NCBI GenBank assembly: GCA_040437565.1
Contig: JBDOQK010000082.1
Span: 62,001-90,981, forward strand
Length of the DNA stretch: 28,981 nt
Source: Albugo candida
Taxonomy: Eukaryota
Direction: 5' to 3'
Numbering within the stretch: position 1 is the stretch's first letter; each line of letters starts with the position of its first letter. Shown here one piece after another: positions 12,300-22,506 of the stretch. The translations under genes and the position numbers were made by a program. The notes beneath the pieces were generated by a model. The model was not told the DNA's origin. It saw only the letters and a list, made by a program, of their open reading frames with translations, and ran no database searches.

Positions 12300-14263
12300 T
12301 GCTTGGACGAAAAGAAACTACGTCAAAGAGAAGGACTATGAGTCGTCCGCAAAAGAGATCCACGTTACCAGCATCGAGCCAAATGACTTCGGTATATGAC
12401 GAGGCTATCAAAGTTATATTTATATATATGCACAAACTTGTTGTACATACTTCAGCCAATTGGCAATTTGTCTTGTGTTGAGAAATCTTTATCGCAGTTG
12501 CGTACCGCTACTCCAGAATGATATTTTCCACACTGTATTCACCCTAGCCATCTGAATTACTAGGACTACGATCTGCGTTACAGTAGTACTTGCGGTGCTC
12601 GCAGCAGCAATCTTTGCATTCGGACAGAACCGAGTGATCCTTTCAAGATCCACAACCCCATTCAGCTGAATGCGATCATATGAATCGCAATAATTCTCTC
12701 TAAAAGAATTGAGAGTGCGCTGCGAATGTAGTGTTCGTCCCGAAGAAGGCTGGAACAGTTGGAAGTTGCCGAAATAGTACAACCGTTGGATCACTTTGAC
12801 GCGTGCATCGAAAGCCACAAGCCAAACAAATCAATTATAAGTTATTCCATTCAGCTGCACGTGGACATAGAGCACATGCGATCTGCTTTCAACGTGGACA
12901 AGAAAAAAATCGTAAGTAATTCAATCACGAAAGGGCGTTGTGGGTCACACTCGAGACAGGAATGTTGATATGATTTATGTACTTCCGACGAAATGTAAGT
13001 AGCCGACATGAATTGTTATTAATTTTGTTCAATTGAGATCTAACCAAAAACGTACAAAAATAGATAACAAGTCATAGAATCAAAAATCAGCAAAGCACGC
13101 TAACTAATATTTTTCTGTAGCCGCAAACATGTGAACACGCTCTGTATATGCTGCGTCATTACACTTCCAAAATAACTAATGTGGCGAGAGTCGAGATCGT
13201 GCAAAAGCTAGAAATGTTTTTCTTTTAGATGCTAGGGACTACCAAAGAAAACGGTATTACAATTTTTCTCTTTATGATCCGAGAGATGGAATAAAAGCGA
13301 GTGGGTTCTACACGGTAGCTGGGTGATATCATTTGATAGTTCGCCACGGAGCTTGCCACAAGGCATCTCTGGTTCATTTCATTTCTTCTTCATCATAGTA
13401 TTCGTGTACAAATGCTTGTTTCGCAAGTCAATTGTCCCTCTTTTGGAAAAAGCTCTCGAGACGTGAGAGCGAGTTTACTAATGCTCATTTCTACAAAAGT
13501 TGGAATTAACTCGAAAACTTATACATCACATTGAGACGTCACCAAACAATTTAGGTATTTGAATTACGAGTAACTGCTTCGTAATGCAGTGCTTATTTTC
13601 AGTGGAACCACACTTATTAACTCATGTGATAATGACGTCTTCGTAGCAAATTCAATCAAATCTAAATTTTTCCAATCGATTTGATATCAAAATTTGGATA
13701 CTTTATCCCGAGAAGAGCGCTAAAACATTAGACTATTTCTCCATGTCGATATGCCCTGTTGGTCAAAAGTTTGTAAGAGCAGCAGTGCTCTCGTCGAATC
13801 GATTGTCAAATGCTCCGGAATATTTCTCAAGATATCGGATGCAAACTAATACAGCAACAAAGTTCGTTGTACTTTTTTTCCTCCTATCGATAGTTTTTTT
13901 GTAGGTCATTATCCTGTCGACGTGGATAATTTGACTTTTTTGATGGTCAAGTAGACATGCTTCAATTTTTCTTGCTTTCAATATTTTATCCATCGGTTGA
14001 AATTGTCACTGTGACCACCTGAATAAGGTAGTGTCGCAAACGTGAATTGATCTTTGCCGCTAATAGCCGTAGAATCATACAAAAATCGTGCACCTCAAAA
14101 TTTCATGACAAAACTCGTAGTGTAGCGGAACTATAGCTCTTTGTCAGGGGAAGGCTATCTGCCAACGAGAAATTTAGTTCTTTGATAACACGACTTAACG
14201 ACTCAAGAAGCTTAAGATCTTAAGGTCCTTGTTCAAGGGACCTAAAGATTCAGAGAATCGACA
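12300..14263 (-). mobile_element. Decayed L1-type LINE: RT C-terminal half to zinc-binding region
   Basis: Minus-strand remnants LYDSTAISG (FADDST-like), LLDHQKSQII (LN..KS), IRYLEKY (RYLG), NDITQLPCRTHS, and ISFWSS (HxFWxC-like, ~12515). Left boundary approximate. Confidence 0.6.
13082..14263. repeat. Inverted duplication of at least 1182 bp (partner 27800-28981, running off the window)
   Basis: Both ends and the identical 76-aa ORFs (13763-13993 - and 28070-28300 +) all satisfy x+y=42063, so there is no net indel. No mismatch seen in spot checks. Confidence 0.97.
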
Positions 14264-14316
14264 CCTTGTGCTGTCGATTCTCTGAATCTTTAGGTCCCTT
14301 GAACAAGGACCTTAAG
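14219..14316. repeat. Perfect fold-back hairpin: 45-bp arms, 8-nt loop, ending at a gap
   Basis: 14219-14263 is the exact reverse complement of 14272-14316; the loop is CCTTGTGC. Confidence 0.97.
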
Positions 14317-14416
14317 NNNNNNNNNNNNNNNNNNNNNNNNNNNNNNNNNNNNNNNNNNNNNNNNNNNNNNNNNNNNNNNNNNNNNNNNNNNNNNNNNNNN
14401 NNNNNNNNNNNNNNNN
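14317..14416. other. Assembly gap (100 N, true size unknown)
   Basis: Run of exactly 100 N. Confidence 1.
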
Positions 14417-14900
14417 GTATTCTTCAAGACTGTGAAAGAAAATTACGCACATTTCAACGAGAAGCACGTGCTACCGCGCTCTTCCGAGTATAATCGTATT
14501 GATCGGTTCCAAAGAAGAAACTAATCAGCCGTTCAGAAAGAGGATTCCAAGTTGGAATCACACAATCACGAAACGCTCCTAACAGCTACTAAGTCTTGGC
14601 ATTGGATTGGGTCTTTAAATCAGCCGAGAAAAATGAAGTTTCTGTCGCGGATTCGAGGACGATGGAATTTCCGGTCACAACGAGGTCGCGTATCGGATTA
14701 GAAAATAATTTGGTACATGGTAGAGCAGTAGAAAATGCTAATAGATTCATGTCTATGTTGCGTACATCCGTTAAGTACGAGTCAAACTGCCTTCTGAATA
14801 GAGCAAAAGAAGTGTTGGACTAATCAAAAAATATGGTAAGATGTGAAAGTCTATTGACAAAACCCTTTGCGTTCTTCATGCAGTAGGTGGTTACCCGATA
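14417..14900 (+). pseudogene. Second fragment of the effector-like repeat gene (first 295 bp duplicate 8917-9211, then a diverged module)
   Basis: ORF 14596-14823 LDWVFKSAEKNEVS...NANRFMSMLRTSVKYESN runs open across the end of the duplicated block. Confidence 0.55.
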
Positions 14901-14929
14901 AATGTATTATCTTACAGGAACTTTCGCCA

Positions 14930-16512
14930 TCGTATGAAAAGATGCGAAATACATCTAATATCGATACGCAGCCTATTAAGACATCGGCCTTTTGTCTCCG
15001 CTGCGATAGACCCGATATCTATAGACAGAGCTTTGTATGACACGGATGCATTTCGGTGCGCCCACTGCTACCTCACAAGCTACGTCTACTGATTTATACG
15101 GTTATGTCGAACAGTCATGTGTATCGCCTCATTTGCTTCATCCATGCACAATAACTGCTGACAAACAGATCCAATATATTTGTACTCTACTTCACGTTTT
15201 CATTGTAGCGTAGTCACCTTTGTACTTCGAAATGTTCCTGAAAAATCTCAGCCGGGCTGAACAGCCCTAATGGGTGGAGACTTGTGCCCATTTCCTGCAG
15301 CAACAAAGCTAGGTTAGGATGCACTATGGAATGAGCAAAGAGATCCGCACACGATACTCTTATGATGTTACAATATTATACATTCTTCATATCCTTGTTT
15401 AGATAAGAAAAGTGCTCGTAACAAATAGTGTCCAACTCGACGTAATATATCCATTCACATATCATACCGCCATGGCACAAATGCATAGCAACTTGCTGCA
15501 ATTCGGAGTGTTTTTAAACTTGAAATTCCTACAGTGTTTGCGACTTCATTATTTTGGTTAATGTATCGTTTATTTCATTCATCCGAATAAAATGCATCCA
15601 TCACTTCTTTCACATATCATCCAACGCAATTGACGATCGAGTAAGATACAGCGTGTCAAAGAGCTCCTTTTCATCATTGACCACGAACTCAAATTTGCGT
15701 ATTAAACGTTGTGTTGGTAATTTCTGATAAGCTTCTCACTAGTTTTGCCAACGATATCCAAAAGTATCGCGTACTACTCCAAGGAAATGTCCTTACTTTC
15801 ATTTGTTTTTAATCAAGGATATGACACTAGCTCGAACCTCTATAGAGCGAGAACGCGTACATCAGGCCCGGTCCTCCAGCAGCTATTGTTTATGAACAAG
15901 ATTAGAAAGCATCAGCCTCATATATATCGTAGTTTCGTTCCTAGTAAATCCTGGTGGAAATATTTTGGCTCAGGTGTTAAATCAGAGAGCTTGATGAATA
16001 CAATCATAAGGCAACAGAGAAAGATCCAGGAAAGTTTGATCTTTAAACGATTTTCTGTCGTCAAGAATATAAACGCAGGATTTTTCGATGCGTAAAATGC
16101 ATGGCAAATTTGGCACCGAAAGAAGATGTTGACCACATTGGTACGGTTTGAATCATTATGAGTTCATCCCCCGTTATATACACTCGCCGCGCGACTACCG
16201 GTAAATGATCGGGACTGCAGAAGAAAGATTCGAGATATATAGTAGACGTTGTAGACAGAAAATCTGGACAAGATGTTGCCAAATTTGATTTTGTGGCAGC
16301 ATCTCCAAAGGTTTGACGAATGCTTGCTATTCATCAATTCACTTGCTGCTGAGTGTCGCCGCTTCTCAATTTGCGGCTGTAACATAACCCACGAATTGAT
16401 TAAAAATCTGTAATAGAAATCCAGTGTATCTACATCGGTATCATAGAGACAATTCCGACAATTTAAAAATGCTGAAGAATCAACCGGCGTCAAAAGAATA
16501 TATGATGGTGGT
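14930..16512 (-). mobile_element. Old minus-strand LINE, downstream part (endonuclease C-terminus to early RT)
   Basis: SPDHLPVV at ~16193-16216 (AP-endonuclease SDHxPV); YILLTPVDSSAFL (NVYAP-like); GHKSP...FSPAEIFQ at ~15230-15295 (KSPGxDGxPAEF-like); weak KAL.YR and DQKA remnants near 15000. Confidence 0.65.
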
Positions 16513-16526
16513 TGAGACTTACCCTG
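16513..16526 (+). repeat. Target-site duplication, left copy (TGAGACTTACCCTG)
   Basis: Exact 14-bp match to 19714-19727, bracketing the plus-strand LINE. Confidence 0.9.
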
Positions 16527-16542
16527 AACTTCTCAATTTGCC
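16527..16542 (+). promoter_or_regulatory. INR/FPR-like core promoter at the LINE 5' terminus
   Basis: AACTTCTCAATTTGCC resembles the oomycete initiator plus flanking promoter region (roughly YCATTYYNCAWTTT); it lies 93 bp before the ORF1 ATG. Confidence 0.4.
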
Positions 16543-16619
16543 GGCTACTACTTAACCCGCCAAATCAGTCCAAAACAACTCGAAAAACTACTTGTTGCAA
16601 CTTTTCCCTCTCGAAAACA

Positions 16620-19142
16620 ATGGTTCAAGTCGATATTTCGACACAACCAAGGGTGCTAGCGTCCACTTGTAGTGACGTGGCAACCCTCATGAGTCACCCA
16701 GCTTTGTGTGATTGCATTATTGTTGCTGAGTCATCACCCCTATGTAATGACGTGGAAAGTACCCCCACCCCCAGTGTGACGGTACAGGTGAATACCGGTA
16801 CTACCGGTGTAGGATGTGGTACCGGTGGTACATGCGGCACTGTCGTTGCCTCGGCACAGGGTGACTCAAAGGAAATTGCAACTGCAAGTGTGGACGACAC
16901 TAAAAGTCCCACACTTGCTGACATTATCAAGTCGCAGGAGTCCTTGCGAAAGGATCAGGCTCGAGCTCGCGCGAAATTTCGCGTGGAGCTGCCAAAGCCG
17001 AAAGCCTCGGAAATCGAGGCTATAATGCAACTATATGCGGACGGGGAGCCCCCGGTTTGGTAAACCTTGACTGCGAAATTGAAAGCAGCAAGACCTTTTC
17101 AAATACACAAAGCAACCTTCCTTATGGTCTTGGAGAAGGGCCAGTCCTTGACCCGTACTCCAAATGGGAAAATATTAACCTCCGTAACGCGCGACCGTGG
17201 CAATCCGGTCTTTAAAAAACTTACTGTAGAGCCGATCAATCGCTCTGGTGTCCAAAATGCCAGGTGGAAACATCAGGGTGATCGTCACCACGGCGGATGC
17301 CTGTCAACAGTTGGAGTGTCAGCCGATGACTATCCTTGGGGAAAAGTACTTTTTGTGGGAGTTTGATACTCTTGAAACAAAGTACTACCTCGATGTTTTC
17401 GGCGTAGGCAAGGAAGAAGAACGGAACAACATTCTCCTAGCTCTTCACAAACCTGGGTGTCAAGTGGTGTATGACATCATTTCGTGAAGGGTTCCCACTA
17501 AAGAAGTGGTAATGTCAACTTGGAGAGTCTACTTTCGCTGTTCGTCGTGTCCTCAACAACTGATCAGAGTTGGTAAAGTGATTGAACAAATCGCGTACGA
17601 CAAATAGCTCTACCCATTAAGGGGTAAGAATGCTCCTATTCCAACGGAACGACCACGTTTTGGGCAACGCGGTCCTAACTTCTTCGGTTTGGGTGCTGCA
17701 TTAGCCACGGGAACATGGCAACAACCAACTGAAAATAAAAAGAGCACCAGCAACAAAAAACCAACAACACGTCCCATTCAACCTCAGAATCAACACCATG
17801 CAAATTGCAACATGAATAACAAAAACACAAACACAAACACAAACAACCGCGCCTAAGGCAGTCGCGGTGGTCGCGAAAAATCTGGAGAAGCCAGTTCAAA
17901 TCCAGGAATTAGAAACGAGGCGACCGGAGCAAAAACAATCCGACCAAATTTAGTTGGAGCTCAACACTACTCCCTCTATCTCATCACCAGGGTCACCAGA
18001 CTTATCTCAGCCCACTCTTAATCTTACATTTGGAAAGTGAATCATCTTCCCATCGACGGGTGGAGAAGGATGGTGACACATACATGCGCTTGGCATGGAT
18101 ACGAAGAAAGCGTAATCGGACTGAGCCTTTCGACCAAATGGTTTCCAATGCACCAACTCGGGCGCTCCGGTCGTTGGTGACAAGCAATTACTTTGCTGTG
18201 ATCGCAACCATGGAGTTGAAAGTCGAAGAAGTCCAAGCGGTTGCCTATCCGCAGGATAGCAATCGCATTCAAATTTTTCCCGTGAAAGCACGGATGCCAA
18301 AGGAGGTGGCCACTTTGTAAGAAGTAGCGTACTTTTATAAGAAGCGTTATACAAAGGTGGAAAAAGCGGAGCGACCAGCTCAAATTTGTTAAATCCGAGA
18401 GCTCATGGTATGGATTCCAAACAATGCACTCAAACAGCTTCGGCCGGACAAGCTGGTCCAAGGCGATGCGTGCGTCCCACATGTGCGTCGGCTGGTACAA
18501 TTCTGTACTAACCCAGACCAAATCATCCGGGAAGCATTAGATCATCCCATCACTATGCATGGGGTGCTTATTTCATGCATGGAATGGAATGATCCAGCGT
18601 TGGACGAAGTCCCATATCTACTTCTAATCAATCGCGTTTTTGCAGCGCACAATCTCGGAGAAGAATTCACATTTACGACGCGTTGGAATCGTCACGTTGA
18701 TGGAAACGTTCTATTAAAGAGAGCTGTATTGTTCGAGAAAGTGATGCCTTGGTGGAAGTCAGTGCCGGACACTGTTCACGGTTTGACTCGGGCGACCAAA
18801 GCTCTCGCAATATTGGAACTATTATTTATGTCTACTGCCGCGACATCTCACACTAACGATCACTGGATCCACTATCTCACCGCCAGACAAGTGATCTGAG
18901 TTCCGGGTTGCCATTTTCGTTTACTCCCAACCAATGTGCTCATCTTGTTGTTACGCTCCGATGTGGGCATAAATTGTTCGTCTCAATGGTTTCGTGGTAA
19001 ATGGCAAGGACTTCTCTGTGGCGATATCGGCTAGCCCTCAGTCAATCTCAGCTTTTTCCCAGAAGAAAACGCAACACTTCATCTCTCAAGAGAAGATGGT
19101 GAAATGATGCTGATTGCCGGTCCACTTCAGCGTGAATGCTAA
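16620..19142 (+). pseudogene. LINE ORF1 pseudogene
   Basis: ATG 16620 (MVQVDIST...), then SKMPGGNIRV, KYYLDVFG, WRVYFRCSSCPQQLI, SNYFAVI, LELLFMSTA, ending GPLQREC-TAA (19140-19142). Several stops and frameshifts. Resembles oomycete L1 ORF1 as I recall it. Confidence 0.7.
17823..17845 (+). repeat. (AAACAC)n microsatellite inside the ORF1 low-complexity linker
   Basis: About 3.8 units of AAACAC. Confidence 0.8.
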
Positions 19143-19620
19143 GGGTTCCTCGATTATTTCAACGTGAAACAATATCTCAGCACTCACGGTGAATGTTAAT
19201 GGAATACATAAAAACGGTCATCTTTTTATCGACCACATCCTATCACAANNNNNNNNNNNNNNNNNNNNNNNNNNNNNNNNNNNNNNNNNNNNNNNNNNNN
19301 NNNNNNNNNNNNNNNNNNNNNNNNNNNNNNNNNNNNNNNNNNNNNNNNTGGATTTTTCAGAAGCCGAAGATCATTACTGCGGGTACGGCACAGGCGAGTG
19401 GAAAGGCAAGTGCAACTCGGATCCTAGTCCTAGTCGGATGACATTTGACTGCCTTGTGTGGCGCACACGAGTTTGCACGTCACGGTACTTTTGGACCATT
19501 CTTACAACTTTATTTAGCATTAACACACTGGACACAGTCTCGTATTAACATTGCTGAGGCTACTGCGATACGGGATTATCAATGGGAAGACATATTATCA
19601 TCTCTCACAGATGTTTTATG
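19136..19620 (+). pseudogene. LINE ORF2 remnants: endonuclease N-terminus before the gap, C-terminus after it
   Basis: ATG 19136 overlaps the end of ORF1; a frameshift leads to ISALTVNVNGIHKNG. After the gap: WIFQKPKIITAGTAQ...RILVLVG and VWRTRV. 3' boundary approximate. Confidence 0.7.
19249..19348. other. Assembly gap (100 N) probably standing for several kb of ORF2
   Basis: 100 N between the endonuclease start and the ORF2 C-terminus. Confidence 1.
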
Positions 19621-19713
19621 TCACGTTTTTTTATTTTTGTTTATGGTATTTAAGATAGCCTAGGCAACTAGAGAAGTCAGCTAGTCTCATTCTAGTAATA
19701 TAGACACTTTAAC

Positions 19714-19727
19714 TGAGACTTACCCTG
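19714..19727 (+). repeat. Target-site duplication, right copy
   Basis: Exact match to 16513-16526. Confidence 0.9.
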
Positions 19728-21700
19728 CCTAATGAAGTGTACAGCACCCCATCAGAAGCAGCTGTTAACGAACCCAAAGTGCGCACGAAATATCCGATCT
19801 TGGCGGAACTTCTGAACTTTCGAGCGAATATAAAAAAGTGAAAATTTGCGTGGGATCTTCCGAACCTTGAACGTTCGATATTATAGACCTTATTGGCGCT
19901 ACATGCTGAAATACGGAATTGATTGTTTCTGCTCTTGTTTTTGGCTACAAAGTTTGGTTCTGCAATACCTTTCACGATTTTCTGTGCTACTTTTCTTATG
20001 ATTCTGTAGGTTGAAAATTATTGGAGAGTGAAACGATAGATCAGATGGTGAAAATGCGTGGTGGAAACATTGGCTGATAATGTAGCATGGATGCATGCTC
20101 AACATGAGGGCACTGAACATCTTCGGGCCAAGTTGTTTTTCGGGTGGCAGTAGTCTGTCGAGTTTTCGATGTGTATGATATTGCGTCACATAGAGGGGGT
20201 AAATGTTTCACGTTACTTTCACAACCTGGGAAAGCTTCTGCTTTCTGGTATCATAAAGAAGGCTATTCCGGAAGGAAAGTTGTGGTCTCAATTTTCGCGA
20301 GTTTTTTTCTCAGGTTTTACTTGGAAATAGCAAAATTGAAGAAAAGACCGCTGATGGAAAGCCGCTCAACTTTGTTAGAAGAGAAAAGCCCCTTGTTCCT
20401 TCAAACTGCCTCCTCTCAATCAATCCACAGACTCACCACTATCTATTTCCGAAACACTTTCAATCCTTCCGATGAGAAAACATTTAAATATCATCATAAT
20501 CACATGGCAGCGGTGTGGAAGCAGGTAGTAGGCTCGATCAAGAAGGAAAATTCACGATTTCAAAGAACGGTTTCGAGGTCGCGACCTCGTGAGATTCGTA
20601 ATGTAATGACCAGAAAATGTTTTGAGGTCCACTCTACTACAATGATGAATTGAATCATCTGGAGCTAGCCACCAGTTCAGTGCATGGTGATGGTATCCAA
20701 TCGATTCCAGCGAACAAAAATGCCAAAGAAGGAGGTACGGGAATCGGAAAAAACACATCACTTCTTTCAAAGAACAGCTAAAAAAGATGAACTGCTCAGA
20801 ATATTTTAGTGACTTTGAAGCGATTGGAGATTCAACTAGCAAAGATGTCCTCTAAAACTTCAAGATCAACAATTTCGACCTGGTTGACACTCGTATAGGA
20901 CGTACACGACGACAATCGAGTACTGCCCAAGACCATAACAATCATGAGGCATCATTTAGAAGTCCATAATCTTGAACAATTACATCTAATTTGCAGGTGA
21001 GCAAATGATAGAGTGTCGCCCGAGGTGGGACATGTAGGTATCCTAAGTCGGTTATCCGCTTCCTGCAATCTTGGTGAATACGTAACGTTGTCATTCGAAG
21101 TGTCACAAGGTAGACGTGTCATTTGGGTAGAAAGCTATGTCTTCAAAAATGTGATCATCTTGGATGTTGTGCCAGAATTTTATCGATATTCTTAGCATGC
21201 ATACAGCAACTACGTTTTACGCAAGGCAACATTCGCCCACTATATACAGTCGAGCATATGCAGAGTAATCAATTTACAATCAAGGATGAACGACCAACTG
21301 TATGTCTGGAGATCATATTCAAATCTCATCCGGGAGAGGTATCATTTCAACCAACCCATTACTTTTCATTCTTTCTTCTACACAGGTACCACCTGATACA
21401 AGGAATTGAAGACCCCACTAATCTCTTCTTGTGTTGAAATGAAAATATTTGAAAAATTGCTGCCGCATTAATTGCAATTGAAAGCAGGAAGAATTTGTGC
21501 GAGAACGGCCATTGAATCACCAAATCTCCGACACCTTGTAGAAGGGTATGCAGTTCTTTTTGACTCTTTAAAATGGCTCTTACCGATTGAATTTGACATA
21601 TACTTTTTCCGAGGAGGTTGCGGGCACCGGAAAAATTTGGATATAGTGGGTTCACCTTGTCTGCGTCTACATCGACACGAATTAATATCTAATGGATATA
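19728..21700 (-). mobile_element. Old minus-strand LINE, upstream part (ORF1 to start of endonuclease), heavily decayed
   Basis: SLIVN*LLC...YSGRMLP (~21230-21290) parallels ORF1 PQQLIRVGKVIEQIAYDK*LYP; PFSHKFFLLS parallels LETKYYLDV; LMLSMHP parallels LLFMSTAA. The frame joins ORF 16164-16493 once the plus-strand LINE is removed. Confidence 0.5.
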
Positions 21701-22160
21701 TGAGAAAGTGTCCGTTACACCAAGCGCAGAGGATTGAAAGGGTGATTCTCTATTATCATTAATACTGCTGATCACTCTTGCAAGTGATGCGACAATGCTT
21801 ACAGAAACATCGATTGAAGTCGAGAAAGCCACTATTTTTTTCGGTAGATTGATCCATGTGTTTCCTCGCGTCCAATGAAATTATACTCGGTCTGGCGATC
21901 TTAATCTAGGATGAGCATCCCATTCAGACAGATATCGAATTGTTAGACAGCTTTAACAGCTTTAGACAGGCGCTATTTCTAACGTGTGTCGGGGTTACAC
22001 GTCGGTTTGTAACCGTTATGACAGTATGGTACACATTCGCGACGCTTTCCCATTGATATAGATATCGGAAGGGAGTGGGGCTGACCCGTGTCAGCCACCG
22101 GACAAAAAGGTACTAATTTGGGACATCAGTGTCTATATTAGGTACGTCCAGAGTAAGGTA

Positions 22161-22186
22161 CACTGCAAGACACTTATAACCAGCAC
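22161..22186 (+). repeat. Left TIR
   Basis: CACTGCAAGACACTTATAACCAGCAC; 21/26 identical to the reverse complement of 25477-25502, with a perfect 16-bp core (22164-22179 vs 25484-25499). Confidence 0.9.
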
Positions 22187-22506
22187 GTTTAATCGGTAGA
22201 CAAGAATTTTTCACTTCACAGAGAAGATTTAATGTAGAAAAAAGAATTCCATTGTACTAAAGAACAGACTCTACGCTGTAAGATAATGGAAGCCAATCCT
22301 TCGTAAATTTATGTTTGTAGGACTAGTGGGGCCTTGAAACTCGGCCAATTTCGGTAATTGTCAGTGGGACAAGCGACATTTGGCCGCCCTAAAATCAATA
22401 ACCTGTATTACCTAATATTATTGGGCCCGAACTCTTTTATTAAGTATGTATGACGAGTTATCAATTCTTAGAAAATCTCCGAAAGTATGGTCTCATTTAT
22501 GTAGTA

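Larger units (their letters stand above)
16527..19713 (+). mobile_element. L1-type non-LTR retrotransposon with both termini present; most of ORF2 hidden in the gap
   Basis: Short 5' UTR, long ORF1 remnant, endonuclease start ISALTVNVNG (~19177-19203), ORF2 C-terminal remnant after the gap, 3' end ACTTTAAC, flanked by a perfect 14-bp TSD. Confidence 0.85.

Noticed and set aside
14219..14316. Hairpin telomere, terminator or miRNA precursor
   Set aside because: The same sequence occurs unfolded at 27789-27844 inside a LINE remnant, and the hairpin sits at a contig end. A template switch explains it.
19189..19548. Apparently tiny LINE ORF2 (non-autonomous 3.2-kb element)
   Set aside because: The gap is a 100-N placeholder of unknown size, so the missing EN/RT region is probably just unassembled.
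20144..20653. 169-aa plus-strand ORF
   Set aside because: No recognisable domain, and it lies antisense within the decayed LINE ORF1 region.
22080..22095. Small hairpin GCTGAC-CCGT-GTCAGC
   Set aside because: A 6-bp stem is expected by chance, and there is no supporting context.
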